Source: Hormiphora californensis
Lineage: Eukaryota; Animalia; Ctenophora
Direction of reading: 5' to 3'
NCBI GenBank assembly: GCA_020137815.1
Contig: CM035350.1
Location: 6,944,001 to 7,008,000, forward strand
DNA: 64,000 bases
Under the pieces are notes generated by a model. It made no database searches and was not told the DNA's origin. It saw only the letters and a program-made list of their open reading frames with translations. Each line of letters starts with the position of its first letter. The stretch's first letter is position 1. The translations under genes and the position numbers were made by a program. Below are positions 1-33,122 of this stretch, piece after piece.

Positions 1-252
1 CCCCTTACTCAACAAGTTTATTTGAATAGCTTTACATACCGTTCATTATTATTATGAATGAGATCTGAAAAGGATACCGCGTGACAATGATCCTACTGTA
101 TGTTGTAATTTCTATCAAACTTATTGTTTTGCTATATAATTGCTTATCAACATGATATACCATGACATATAAACGAACATTGAAATGCAGCAAAATGACG
201 GAAATCAATGATCGAATGGAGCCCTTATCTGCATGGAGGAGTGTTTATTCAG

Positions 253-1897
253 ATATGGGCAGTATCGACCATTCAACTTGCACGATCATCGACTGGGATT
301 CATTTCTAAGGTACCATGTGTGTATGATGTGGGGAAATGTAAGCTCCTAATTCCTTGTTTTCAACTACTTAATCTCCTTTGTTTCTCGTTGTTACACAAC
401 TGCTTTGTTTCTGTGTTCCACTTCCAACATGAGTTATTGTCTATAACCGGTTACCGGCCCCTGTCTGGCAGCGTGCCAGACCCCGATTTGATTCTCAGAT
501 GGGGTCCACGGCTCCAGACAGCTATAACCCCCTTTCTCATCAATTTCTCAATAGGGTAACTCGACTAGACGACGACACGGAGTGGCATGACTACTTAGCC
601 AGAACCTACTGTGAAGCAGACGAATTGATGAGGTATTATAGCCTAGAGTCTAGGCTAGACAAGCTTTATTGTAGATAATGTCTATTTTCAACTGTATCTT
701 TGCGAGAATACTGTACTCTGTATAATGTATATAATAGTGTATCTATAGCCAGGTATCTTGATAAAGTAGCATAGAATACACAGTTGCCTAATACCAGGAC
801 AAAAGTACCTTATTAAGAATAATAGCATTATCGTATCGAGCTTTGACATATTCAATCAATGCATTTTGATATCCGCTATGAGGATTAGTTTCTAGGGTAT
901 CATCTTCTTCTTCTTCTTCTTCTTCTGAGGGGTGCCTGGGAAAAACCCACTAGGAACTATCGCTTACGCGATTTGGTCGGCACTAGGGTATCATGCGTGA
1001 TCTTTAGCATATATTTTATCCATTTATCAGGAAGCGAAAAGAGAACGTAAAGAAAAGGACTAAAAGTGACTCGAATGCTAAGCAGTATTTTGAACAAGAT
1101 CAAAAGGTATCCCAATCATATTCTACAAAACTATACACGATCCCATTCACTTGATCACGATTTATTTTGGGGCTGAAACAAAGAGGGGTGCGATGTGCTC
1201 AAAGATTTATTGCGCCCTGCTGAGCTATGCATTTTTTCAGAAACCGGAAAGTGATAGGAAGTTGATCAGGCAAAACTCGGCCAGCTACAGACATTCCCTG
1301 CCCGGTATAATCGAAAATGGAACTTACAACAACAAATCATTCGAAAGGTTAGCCATACACGAACACACCAAGACGTTCATCAAATCAACCAAGATAAAAT
1401 AATTTACCTTGTGCTAATTATATACTATTCATGAGAGTCTAAACTTGACAATTCTCTTAACGTCACAATTCAACAGCAGGCAGGGTATCGCTAGTATACA
1501 AGAGCTGGATCAGGGCGGCACTCTGGACGGGGACAAGAAATCTGTCTCAATGACAGACCTTAGACATGTGAAGAGCAGCAGCGGAGGCAGGATAATGTCA
1601 CGGCTGACCAGCAATGCCAAAAGTATTGAAACCGTAAATATGGTAAGTGTGACCATGGTAACGACCTTGGTAACGACGAATTCATTACATATATTTAGTA
1701 TGTTAAGAGGTTTCTCTGGAGTTCCATGTCTGCTTAGTACTTGTTTCCAATCGTGTTTCCTCCCTAATCCTAATTGATATTTCCATTGTTTGCAGGCAGG
1801 AAGATACAGAATAGGTTCAACGCCGAGAGAAGTGGGACCGAAGGTGTCACACGTCAAAAAGATACTTCGGTTAAATGGACTAATCCACAATGACTAA
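253..1897 (+). CDS. 3' part of an unknown multi-exon gene (exons 253-310, 555-632, 1031-1106, 1241-1347, 1477-1642, 1796-1897)
   Basis: Six AG/GT-bounded segments join with consistent phase into one open frame (DMGSIDHSTCTIIDWDSFLRVTRLDDDTEWHDYLARTYCEADELMRKRKENV...LIHND*). No family recognised. Confidence 0.65.
461..521. mobile_element. Micro-MITE with CTGTCTGG...CCAGACAG termini
   Basis: Same termini and core as copies at ~3269 (partial), 41205-41266 and 63322-63390. Confidence 0.6.
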
Positions 1898-2120
1898 ACT
1901 TAATAGTTCTAAACATATTTAATCTGTGTGTTTTTCCCATGGAGCAAGAAGAACAGTGTACCGAAGTCCGGATCTAACATGTCGATTGTCGACAAATAAA
2001 TGAAGTCCAGATAAATCAATTTCCCCGATTAAATATATTTATGTGTGAAGAAACTAAATTATTTAATATTTATTGGTTGTCATGGTTAAGATTTGAAACA
2101 TCACACTGTGGTATGAATTA

Positions 2121-2840
2121 GGGTCAGCACACATCAACGTTAAAATTAAAATTAAATTTTTTATTTTGACGCCGCACACACCAGCGGCCGTTAAAATTTA
2201 TCTTCCCCATTTTAAAAGTAACGATCTTGCGCAGAGTCGGCGGGGAGGACATTTTACCCCTCCTTTTACCCTCTGTACCGACAATCGGCAGGGAGGGCAT
2301 TTACCCCTCCTTTCCACCCGCTCTACCTACGATCGGCAAGTAGGGCTGTCGGCAGGGAGGACATTTACCCCTCCTTTTCACCCTCACTACCGACGATCGG
2401 CAGAGAGGGCATTTGCCGATCGTCGGTACAGAGGGTGAATAGGAGGGGTAAATGCCCTCCCTGCCGAATACTCTCTCGGAGTGAGTTTTCGGCAGGGAGG
2501 GCGGAATATAGGGGTCAAATGCCCTACGTGCCGACGGAAATCTCATCCCAATTTCGTCGGCACGTAGGACATTATACCCCTATATCCCGCCCTCCCTGCC
2601 AAATGACCACCCTTCCGACCCGTCGGCAGGGAGGGCGGGTACCTCTTGCACACAATTTTGACGGTCGCGTTGGATGACAAAATCATTTTGCCATCCAACG
2701 CGACCGTCAAATGGTGTGCGAGATCGTTACTTTTAGAATGGGGGAGAGAAATTTTAACGGTCGCTCGCGCTGGTGTGTGCAGCGTCAAAATAAAAATTTT
2801 AATTTTAATTTTAACGTTGGTGTGTGGCGTGTGCTGACCC
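2121..2840. mobile_element. PIF/Harbinger (Tourist-like) MITE
   Basis: TIRs start GGGTCAGCACAC and end GTGTGCTGACCC; inverted similarity extends ~110 bp; TTA on both flanks; internal GC-rich sub-repeats. Confidence 0.85.
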
Positions 2841-3976
2841 TTATTATTGAATTATTGGTCTTTACTAGCAGGGCACATGATCCCCCTCTCGGTCTGTCAG
2901 AGCATTGTACTGACCCATTCTCGTTTCTCTCGAAGCGTGCAAGAACTGTGGTCAGAGCATTGGCATGACAGTTCTCGGTTGTACCAGAAGTCCACTTAAG
3001 AAATGTGTCAGAACTTGCCTCATGGCACCTGCGCCCTTCTCGTAATTCTTTGTAAAAGCCCATGACATAATGTTGTTCCCTCCCAGCCGGCATGTCATAA
3101 TGTTCTTAGCACTGACCAGTGAGCATCTTTCGTGATTCTAAACACACATTCAGTTTTAAATCTTCAAATCGATCGAACTGTCTTTATCTTTGACCTCTGC
3201 GACCTGCGTGTTTGTTTGTTTCTGATCGTGTCGTGACTATCCAGTTTTACTGACAACTAACACGAACTCTGTCTGGTGCCGCGACCCCATCTGAGCGCAT
3301 TGTCGCACGCTCAATTTTAGAATCAATCACGATCTTCTATCTGGGCAGCTCTCATATATCTTTCTCTCATTTTCTCAGTTAACAATCACTTTCATGAACC
3401 GATACCATACTGAAATCTATTATAATATCTTAATAGAGTTCTGAGTAAGCCAAACAGACAGACTGCGTAGCATGGCAAAGTAGTGCCGGGTTGGATCTAT
3501 ACCATTACATAGTTGCAATTTATATGAGTAATGACAATGTCTATGTTCAGTAAATTTACTAAAGTGGTAGTGGCGAAAACAGTTGGGGAACACAATTGTC
3601 GTGCACTAAAACAAATAGCAGTGTAAATACTGAAATTTGGATATTTACTTTTCACAAACTGTGTGAAACTGAAAGAAGAGATTTAGAAGAATAGCTTGTT
3701 AGAAAATTGTCTTGCTTTCCCAAAACTCTAGATTTCTATTGGCTACTACTATTCAGTCGGCTACTGCATAGCTCAGATAGTCCATGCATATTATTGACCG
3801 GGTCTTGCTCATTGTACCTCTCTCCCTCTCCCTCTAAAACCCCACTAGCTACTGCAAACTGTATGAGTTTTATTAGTGGGAAAGTTGTTTTAGTTTTATT
3901 TCCGAACCAAAGTCTTGACAAGAACAATAAAAATTGCATTTCAAAAACAGGACCTATACATGCTCGATAACCGTTT

Positions 3977-4447
3977 CAGTGCTGCTTGTAGTCAAATTAC
4001 CGTAATGAAAATACAGTAAGGAGACGCGCACGGTGCATAACGTGCGGCAAAAAGTTCATGTGTCAGCACGTACTAGCGCCCTGATTGGTCACGGTTGCGC
4101 ATCGTCTTACTGTATCTTTCGTTTTCCATTACCGTTTTCCCACTACAAGCGACCGTGTTTAGTTACCAATGAAAGCTGTGGGCCACCTTGTATATATTTC
4201 TCGTTCACAATTATGTCATCTGAACCTCGAGGGGGCTCATCGTTCCAGATGATTCCGAGTTAATTACACTGCCGCTTGTAGTCACATTACCGTAACGGAA
4301 TTACAGTAATGAGACACAGACTTTGCATAACGTGCGGCAAAAAGTGCATGTGTTCAGCACGTACTAGCACGCTGATTGGCTACGGTTGCACGTCGTCATA
4401 CCGTATCTCTGTTTTCCATTACCGTTTTCCCACTACAAGCGACCGGG
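3977..4447. mobile_element. Two adjacent ~180-bp copies (3977-4157, 4267-4447) of a small TIR element
   Basis: Direct repeats of each other; each is bounded by imperfect CAC..GCTTGTAGT / ACTACAAGC..GTG inverted ends. Confidence 0.65.
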
Positions 4448-5029
4448 TTAGGTAGGTTATAGTCATCGCATTCATCGCGATCTTTTCTGTCAACTCTCTA
4501 TGTATTGATCTACCGAACCCTCTTAGAGAAATATTTCTTAGAGAAATAAAATGACGGTGTGAGTCATACAAACTATGCAGTATCTGCAGTGTACCTGCAG
4601 TGTACCACCTTCTTTTACATAAAAGCCGAAATATCGACTCAGATGACTGTTTCCTTTGCTCCTTCAGTGCATCCACGAGAGAGAAATAACTTACTTATTA
4701 CTTGTCACTTTGATAACTTTGTATCATGTATACTTTGCTTCCTCGGCTTCTTCAGTAATTCTTGATAGATGATAAGAGAAGTGATCAGAAAGACATTGTG
4801 GGCACCCAAAAGTTTTCTGACACCTAGCTATTTATATCAGCTATAATAGTTCAAAACGTACATGCCAATATAAACGCTGTGCTCTGAGTGGCCTTTTAAT
4901 CTTCAAATCTTTCTCGGTCTCTTCAACTTTTCACAAGCTGTTCTACGCCCCAGTTTTTACGCAACGTCAAATTTTATGCTCCATATTTTGTGGGAATTTT
5001 CTCTGACAAGCATACTCCTCCTATAGCTA

Positions 5030-5653
5030 CTGTGTGATTTTAAATGACTGAGACTGCTCTATCTCAAATTGTGTAAAAACTATGGCATCTTTCGACTTCA
5101 AATTTTGGGACACGATAAAACATAATTTCTCATTTATTCTCCCAGATTTTCAGAAAGTTTCCGTATTCCTGAATGAACTTATTGCCATAAAACCTCCTCC
5201 AACTTTACACAATCATATCTCTGGAGTCTAATGAGATAGAGAGTTCAGATTTTTAGGAGAGACAGATAAGACGATTTTGAATGTTTTGTCTGCTTTACGA
5301 GTTGATAATTCTTACCGTCTGTTCACAGGAACTGTTTAAAGTGATGTAACACGCTCTAATTAGGCCAAATTTAGGTCATTTTACCCCTCAAAGATCACAT
5401 GTCCAGCTGATTCTAGTGGGCTAATGAGGCCTCTTACACGAATTCGTCACGTGTTAGTGTTACTGCAAGGATACCACTCTCCTTTTCCACCTTGACCAAG
5501 CAGACATGATCATGGTGTCTGGAAGTGGTAACAAGCTGTAGGATACCAGACAGATGCTGCTCTCTACTTCAATCACTCTCTCGTTATAAGGTCACGTGAC
5601 TGGAATTGGGATCTCGACATCAGACTGCAGACATGATCACAATGTCTACAAAG

Positions 5654-5708
<55 letters not shown>

Positions 5709-6324
5709 TGCTTTGTAGACATTGTGATCATGTCTGATGTCGAGATCCCAATTCCAGTCACGTGACCTTTAAATAGCGAGAGAGTGATTGAAGTAGAGAG
5801 CAGCATCTGTCTGGTATCCTACAGCTTGTTACCACTTCCAGACACCATGATCATGTCTGCTTGGTCAAGGTGAAAAAGGAGAGCGGTATCCTTGCAGTAA
5901 CACGTGACGAATTCGTGTAAGAGGCCTCATTAGCCCACTAGAATCAGCTGGACATGTGATCTTTGAGGGGTAAAATGACCTAAATTTGGCCTAATTAGAG
6001 CGTGTTACATCACTTTAAACAGTTCCTGTGAACAGACGGTAAAAGTTATCAACTTGTAAAGCAGACAAAACATTCAAAATTGTCTTATCTGTCTCTCCTA
6101 AAAATCTGAACTCTCTATCTCATTAGACTCCAGAGATATGACTGTGTAAAGTTGGAGGAGGTTTTATGGTAATAAGTTCATTCAGGAACACGGAAACTTT
6201 CTAAAAATCTGGGAGAATAAATGAGAAATTATGTTTTATCGTGTCCCAAAATTTGAAGTCGAAAGATGCTTTAGTTTTTACACAATTTGAGATAGAGCAG
6301 TCTCAGTCATTAAAAATCACACAG
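5030..6324. mobile_element. 1.3-kb palindromic (foldback) element centred on (CT)n
   Basis: Arms ~5030-5654 and ~5710-6324 are near-perfect reverse complements; TA on both flanks (Tc1/mariner-type TSD). Confidence 0.85.
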
Positions 6325-6504
6325 TATTTAGTAATAAATAGAACTGATATAATATACCACTATATATTATATACTACTGATGATTGGTGCCTCCTCGTGG
6401 GGCATCATGAAACAATTGTATAGAACCTTAACAACTTCCGTTGTTTTTAATTTGTATATCTAACTATATCTAATGCAAATTTGCACGGAAATGTGACACC
6501 CTAT

Positions 6505-6590
6505 CGTCAATGTGACGACGTGATCCGTCAATGTGACGACGTGATCCGTCAGCGTGACGACATGATCCGTCAGTGTGACGACGTGATTCG
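6505..6590. repeat. 21-bp tandem repeat x4
   Basis: CGTCAATGTGACGACGTGATC units. Confidence 0.85.
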
Positions 6591-7076
6591 TAGGTATCAC
6601 GTATCACACGTGTTGAGAACTGCTTGCGACTTGAGGGGTCACATCACATGTATAAAAGGGAGAGAAAGAGAGAAAAAGAGAGGGATCACATCACATAGCA
6701 TATAGCAGACAGGCAGAGAGAAAAACAGACCCCTCGATTTGCGATCGGTACGATCGCCCCAGTTTTGCTAGTTATATACCATTAGAATATCTTGACCTAT
6801 ACCCTTTGAACTTTAAGGTGACGATATGCTTACTAAGCATTGCTTAACCATAACGCATTAACGCGTAAAACGCTCTAAAAAATATCTAAAATACTAATAT
6901 CTGGCCTTTGATCTTGTTTTTGTAATGGATAATGGACATTAGCATTTCCCCACCAAAATATTTTTCCCATTTGTTGGATTCATTAGCGTTTTTAGCCGCA
7001 TATATATACTGCCTTAGCCGGCGTCCTTTAACAAAAACTCTCAAAACCTGATTCACACAGGAGCTGATATATCAAG

Positions 7077-8117
7077 ATGAACGATACCACGTCCGGGGAA
7101 AATGTTCTGGACATGACGACTGCTCAGGTGGTCCCCCTGGGTGTCTTCTGTTTCTTCATGGCACTATTTGGTATCCTTGGTAACGGTGTCGTCCTCTACT
7201 CCTCCCTGAGGTACAACGCAATAAAGCTGGATAAGGTGTCCCTGGTGTTCGTTAGAAACCTCGCCCTGGCTGATATCCTGTATACAGCGTGTGTCATTGT
7301 CCCTCAGTTTGTTACGTACACGGTACAGCGGTGGATCCTTGGTCCGGTTTACTGTGTGATACAGGGTCAGGTTGGTATTGTCCCGGTATCTGTCAACACC
7401 CTCACTGTCCTAGCGATAACCGGCTACCGGCTAAAGGTCGTCTTGTCGCCCTTTAGAGATATAACCGTGTCCGTGGCTCGCGGCATTGTCGCCTGCATTT
7501 GGTTTGTTGCCTTGGTACCCATGGGAGTCTTTGCATCCTACCACACCAAGTCAGAGTTTAAAGAAAAGTTTGGTCGGTGTCTGACCGATATCTACGATAA
7601 TGATGCAGCTCGGGGCCCAGTGATGACCTGCATCGGGGTGATTGTCATCTTGCCTCTCTTCGCTATAACCGGTATCAATATGGGCCTTCTGGGGGTTGCT
7701 GCACGGCACAGGTCAGCAGGGTCATCTCACAGTTTGCCCAATTTCAAGGCACTCATCATGGTCTGCTCTCTGTCTGGCCTTTTTATTGTTAGTTGGAGCC
7801 CATACCTAGCATTTACCTTTCTCAAAATGCGCCATCCAGAACTACCCCAAGTGCTCGACCTGATTGCCTTTCACTTCATCTTTCTCAACTCTTTTGGAAA
7901 CCCCATCCTTTATACCCTGACCAACCGGAGGTTTGGGGGATACATATACACGACCCTGAGGAGAGCATGTCGGTGTGTTTCACTTCCTGAGATGCCGGCA
8001 GGGTCCAGTTCGGGATCAGCACCGTCTAAAATCAAGGCGCCTGTCAGTCCTAATGTTGCATGCAGTAGTCGACCCACTGCATCGTCAACTACTCAGGAGG
8101 CAACTTCGAAAGTATAA
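7077..8117 (+). CDS. Rhodopsin-like (class A) GPCR, single exon, 346 aa
   Basis: Seven hydrophobic segments; GN in TM1, NLALAD in TM2, YR at the DRY position, SWSP in TM6, NPILY in TM7. Confidence 0.93.
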   Translation: MNDTTSGENVLDMTTAQVVPLGVFCFFMALFGILGNGVVLYSSLRYNAIKLDKVSLVFVRNLALADILYTACVIVPQFVTYTVQRWILGPVYCVIQGQVGIVPVSVNTLTVLAITGYRLKVVLSPFRDITVSVARGIVACIWFVALVPMGVFASYHTKSEFKEKFGRCLTDIYDNDAARGPVMTCIGVIVILPLFAITGINMGLLGVAARHRSAGSSHSLPNFKALIMVCSLSGLFIVSWSPYLAFTFLKMRHPELPQVLDLIAFHFIFLNSFGNPILYTLTNRRFGGYIYTTLRRACRCVSLPEMPAGSSSGSAPSKIKAPVSPNVACSSRPTASSTTQEATSKV

Positions 8118-8310
8118 AAATACAACTTTTCCTACCTTTCGCCCCCCTTCCCTGGAAAACTCTAGTCCGCTGAGTGAGGCTAAGAAACCTATCTCTTGAG
8201 TAGCAGCTTTCGACTCTTTGGTTTGCTCCCTATAATTGTCACAAGCCTTAGACAACGGGAATTATTCTTCACATTCTCAAATTAGTAAGATGTTACTCTC
8301 TACGGCGGTG

Positions 8311-9261
8311 ATGAACGATACCACGTCCGGGGAAAATGTTCTGGACATGACGACTGCTCAGGTGGTCCCCCTGGGTGTCTTCTGTTTCTTCATGGCACTA
8401 TTTGGTATCCTTGGTAACGGTGTCGTCCTCTACTCCTCCCTGAGGTACAACGCAATAAAGCTGGATAAGGTGTCCCTGGTGTTCGTGAGAAACCTCGCCC
8501 TGGCTGATATTTTGTACGCTGTGTTTACTGTTGTCCCTAGTTTTGTAGCCTATGCCTCCCGAGACTGGGTCCTGGGTCCGGTGTATTGTTTCGTAAGTGC
8601 CCAGTTGTCTCTCTTCCCAGGCTTGGTAAACAGTCTCCTGGTGATGGTTATAGCCCTATACCGTCTCGTTCTCCTCTACTCTCCCTTCACCATCCCCCGG
8701 TGCTTCCACGCTCGAGTCCTCTCCGCTGGGCTGTGGCTCTTTTCACTATCACCCACTATCATCAGTCTGTCCTACCGGTCCCGGTCCATATTCGATACCA
8801 GCAATGGTCTGTGCATCTCTGAGATCTACAGGAAGGAGGACTCGGGAGCATCGGAGTTGGTGATGATGTTTGTTTCTGTGTGCATAATGCTGCCAATACT
8901 GGTCATCCTGGTGGCTAATTTGGCTCTGTGCTGGGCGGTGGTGAGGCTAACCACCACCACGGGAGGTAGGAACAAGTCGGTGATAATGACGTGTGCCCTG
9001 GCCGGCACATTCCTGGTCAGCTGGGCTCCTTTTGTGGCATACAACGTGATGGAGCAGACGACAGATACCATACCACAGGATCTATACATTGCCTCCTTTG
9101 TGTGTATCTTCCTCAACACGGCTGCTAACCCCATCCTGTACACCCTCACCAACCGGAGGTTCTCCAGATATGTCGTGGGGCTTATCCAGCTGAAATGGGC
9201 CAGGGCCAAATCGGTGTCTTTCGTCTACAACAGGGCAAATACTTCATCAACTTCGACATGA
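8311..9261 (+). CDS. Rhodopsin-like (class A) GPCR, single exon, tandem paralog (alternative in-frame ATG at 8290)
   Basis: Same motifs (GN, NLALAD, YR, SWAP, NPILY); first 200 nt almost identical to the upstream GPCR. Confidence 0.92.
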   Translation: MNDTTSGENVLDMTTAQVVPLGVFCFFMALFGILGNGVVLYSSLRYNAIKLDKVSLVFVRNLALADILYAVFTVVPSFVAYASRDWVLGPVYCFVSAQLSLFPGLVNSLLVMVIALYRLVLLYSPFTIPRCFHARVLSAGLWLFSLSPTIISLSYRSRSIFDTSNGLCISEIYRKEDSGASELVMMFVSVCIMLPILVILVANLALCWAVVRLTTTTGGRNKSVIMTCALAGTFLVSWAPFVAYNVMEQTTDTIPQDLYIASFVCIFLNTAANPILYTLTNRRFSRYVVGLIQLKWARAKSVSFVYNRANTSSTST

Positions 9262-9777
9262 TGATGTGAACTCTTATCTAAGGACTATTACATAGCAACT
9301 AACTTTAATGGGTTTTGGTGCATTCTTGATAATATGTGACACGTGTGTATTTAGAATTGAAAATACTGCTGTATAAACACAGGTAATAATTTTACCCTGA
9401 AAGTCACTTTCAGGGTAAATTTTTGATACTTTCTTTCTCTTTTTGTTTCGTGTTATATATTTCATATGAATTTGTTCTGTGCTGGTTAGCGAAGTTGTTT
9501 TCAGTTTTCCACTATAACTAACATGCTGAAGGGGTGATAGTTGTCTGACAGAAAAGTGCGAAGGTTTACCATGTTTGGGGCTTGGACGTTGGACCAGATG
9601 CGGGAAGTGAAATGATGCTTTTGGCGACCGGCATGGGCGTCCATCAAGGTTCAGCGGCAGCGATCTGGGCTCGGGACTGGGAGCTTGGACATAAAGTATA
9701 AACACTCTTCTTTATTGTCCGTGTCAGTGACGGTTCCAGGCCCCATTTTAGTTTTTTTTTACACAACCCCATTTTAC

Positions 9778-10055
9778 GGGCGCGATTATAATCTGGGTGC
9801 CTTGCAGCCTGTTTACAGGTGCGCGCTACCAAAAGAGTATACTTAGACCGACTTTTTTCAAACGGCTATAGCCATGGAACCACATGGCCGATTTGAGTAA
9901 ACTAAACGGTATCAGTCAGAGAATCGATAGCCCTAACCGATAACCCCAAACCAAACCCTAACCAGACCCGGCCCTAACGGATAGCCCTAACCCGTCGTGC
10001 GCGCCAAAACTACGAATTGTTAGCAATGAAAGGCACCCAGATTTTAACGGTTTCC
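9778..10055. mobile_element. Mutator-type MITE, copy 1
   Basis: Imperfect TIR GGGCGCGATTATAATCTGGGTGCC / GGCACCCAGATTTTAACG..TTTCC; 9-bp TSD CCATTTTAC; internal CCCTAA-like repeats; near-identical copy at 31878. Confidence 0.85.
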
Positions 10056-10885
10056 CCATTTTACTTTTAGTCGGTCGAAGTCTATTCGTAAGACCTGTTT
10101 AGATACACACACTCGCCCCCATTGTTCCAAAACAAACGCCAGCTAAACAAGCCAGGGAATAGGGTTCTGGATAGAAGAGACAACACGCCGACACAAGGTC
10201 TGGATGGAAAAATGATTAAAAAACGGGGAAAATAAAAGAAAAGATCAATATCCGGGAAACAATAAATGATTAAAAAACAGTCAAGATCTCAGCTCGGCCG
10301 GTCGCGCGACGATGCGACGTAAAAATGCAGTTTGGCTATTCGACGCTAAAAAACACAAAGTACAACTGCGCGGCGCATATTTATGCGCAGCGTGAACTAC
10401 AAAATATTTTTGAATTTCAAGTCTTCAAAATAAACTTCCCAAAGTGGCGTTAAGTTTTGATTTTTGAAATCGCTGTTCGACTTTCGAGCGTCCCTTTCGC
10501 CGTCCTCTTGTCAACTGACAGAAGGATGTACAACCCTAACCCATCTTTAAGTGGTAATACATGAACTACCATCCACGGTCTAAACTTTTTAGTTTTTACG
10601 GCCCAGGAAAATGATCATGTCCGGATGGGGCTGTCGAACACAGTGGTCACGTTTTAACCTGAAATCTTTAGTGTAATTTTTCCGGTGTAAATTGATCAAA
10701 ATAAAACATTCTTATGATTGAACGAAGGGCTGCTCAATAGCTTCTTTGTGATAATCACTACAGACATCTCACCAACCGCCAACGTAGTGTCTGGTCAACT
10801 TTAAAGTTGCGCTATTTGCTAATTGCGTTGTACATCCTCTTTGTGCGGTTAAATGTAACAATTTTACTCTTCCCTATTTAGTACC

Positions 10886-31422
<20,537 letters not shown>

Positions 31423-31877
31423 AGAAAGAGACACTGATTTTTAACTATTTTATGTGAAACTGGTAAATAAAAACCTGGTTGTTTTGGTAAGTATGGATGA
31501 TGAACAGTTGAAAATTTGTGTGGGGATCGTTAAAAAGTAGTATCCAAAGCTATTTGATTCACCGCTAGTTATATCTCGAAGAGACAGGTGAGAGAACCCC
31601 CTCACCCGGTTTTTGGGCTGTATTTGAAGAGTTAATAACACGGATTAATCGTTTTCGGAGAGTTCGGGCTATGCCTTGTGTGGTTGACCAATATAAAGTT
31701 TGTGTTTACTTGGAAGCTATGTTTCCTAATTATTTCTTAAGATCATTATCCACAGTTTCTCTGTCGTCTCACTCCCATTTACTGTAACGCGCGAATAAAT
31801 GGTCATCACGCTGCAACTCTCGAACGCGCACAACAGTAGTTTATCGCGCGGCGCTTCATTCGATTCGGCCCGGTGAA

Positions 31878-32150
31878 GGGCGCGATTATAATCTGGGTGC
31901 CTTGCAGCCTGTTTACAGGTGCGCGCTACCAAAAGAGTATACTTAGACCGACTTTTTTCAAACGGCTATAGCCATGGAACCACATGGCCGATTTGAGTAA
32001 ACTAAACGGTATCAGTTAGAGAATCGATAGCCCTAACCGATAACCCCAAACCAAACCCTAACCAGACCCTAACGGATAGCCCTAACCCGTCGCGCGCGCC
32101 AAAACTACGAATTGTTAGCAATGAAAGGCACCCAGATTTTAACGTTTTCC
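31878..32150. mobile_element. Mutator-type MITE, copy 2
   Basis: Near-identical to 9778-10055; its own 9-bp TSD CCCGGTGAA. Confidence 0.85.
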
Positions 32151-32579
32151 CCCGGTGAATCTCCAACCGAGGACGAACCTTTTTTTGGCTCACTTTTCCG
32201 CTGTGGGTTTCAAATTTGTCGTACAGTTGAAAAGCGCTGCCTTATCCCGCGCTGGCCGGGGGCCAGCAACGTTTGCCAAGTCGTACAGTACACGCCACAC
32301 GGGTCCGGCGTAGATGATAACTGGTACCCGGTAGTCCTTATGCGCTTGCCTACTCCAATAATCCTCCTAACCCAGCCCTAATTTATTTTACAGCCAGGCC
32401 AATTGTGTGACAAGGCTTGTCATTAACGCCTTGACTTGTCACCTGTCCCGCTGTCGTTATCCCCCACAACGTGTGTGATTAGATGCTTTAAACTCAATGT
32501 TTGCCCAGTTCGTTGCCTTAAAATATGCCCTGAACCTAATAAAATAATCTAACTGTTAGGACCCATTAAGGAATCAGCT

Positions 32580-32978
32580 ATGTCTGTTGGAGATGGGACC
32601 ATGAGTCTTATGGACGCTCTCAGGGAGGTCCTCAAGAACGCCACTATCGCTGACGGAGTGACCAAGGGACTCCGAGAGAGCTGTAAGAAGCTGGACAAGC
32701 GAGAGGCACTCCTGTGTGTCCTGGCAGAGAGCACTGACGAGAAGAACATCCCCAAGTTGGTCGAGGCCCTGTGCAAGGAGCACAACATCAACCTCATCAA
32801 GATTGATGACGCCAAGAAACTCGGAGAGTGGACTGGTCTATGCAAGATTGACAAGGAGGGTCTTGCCAGGAAGGTTGTGAGGTGCAGCTGTGCTGTTATC
32901 CACGACTTTGGAAAGGAGAGCCAGGCTCTTGATATGATCAACGATCACTTCAAGAGGACCGTCACCGGGGATGCATAA
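32580..32978 (+). CDS. RPS12: 40S ribosomal protein S12 (eS12), uninterrupted CDS
   Basis: [69 protein letters not shown] matches eS12. Confidence 0.97.
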   Translation: MSVGDGTMSLMDALREVLKNATIADGVTKGLRESCKKLDKREALLCVLAESTDEKNIPKLVEALCKEHNINLIKIDDAKKLGEWTGLCKIDKEGLARKVVRCSCAVIHDFGKESQALDMINDHFKRTVTGDA

Positions 32979-33122
32979 ACAGAGACTCATTCCTCTTTTT
33001 ACTTTTTATTTATTGAAACAGAACAAAATGTGTTTTTCTCTTTGTCTTTTAGTATAACAATTTAACCATATATATATTGAAACACCTTTAACCCATATAT
33101 TGTATCTGCTAGACTGCCAGCT

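Noticed and set aside
7077-9261. Opsins
   Set aside because: No lysine at the K296-equivalent position (six residues before the N of NPxxY); both have Phe.
9930-9995. Interstitial telomere (CCCTAA-like repeats)
   Set aside because: Degenerate and part of the MITE, which is also present at ~32030.
32580-32978. RPS12 processed pseudogene
   Set aside because: Intact ORF, upstream branch/acceptor signal, no poly-A tail or TSD.
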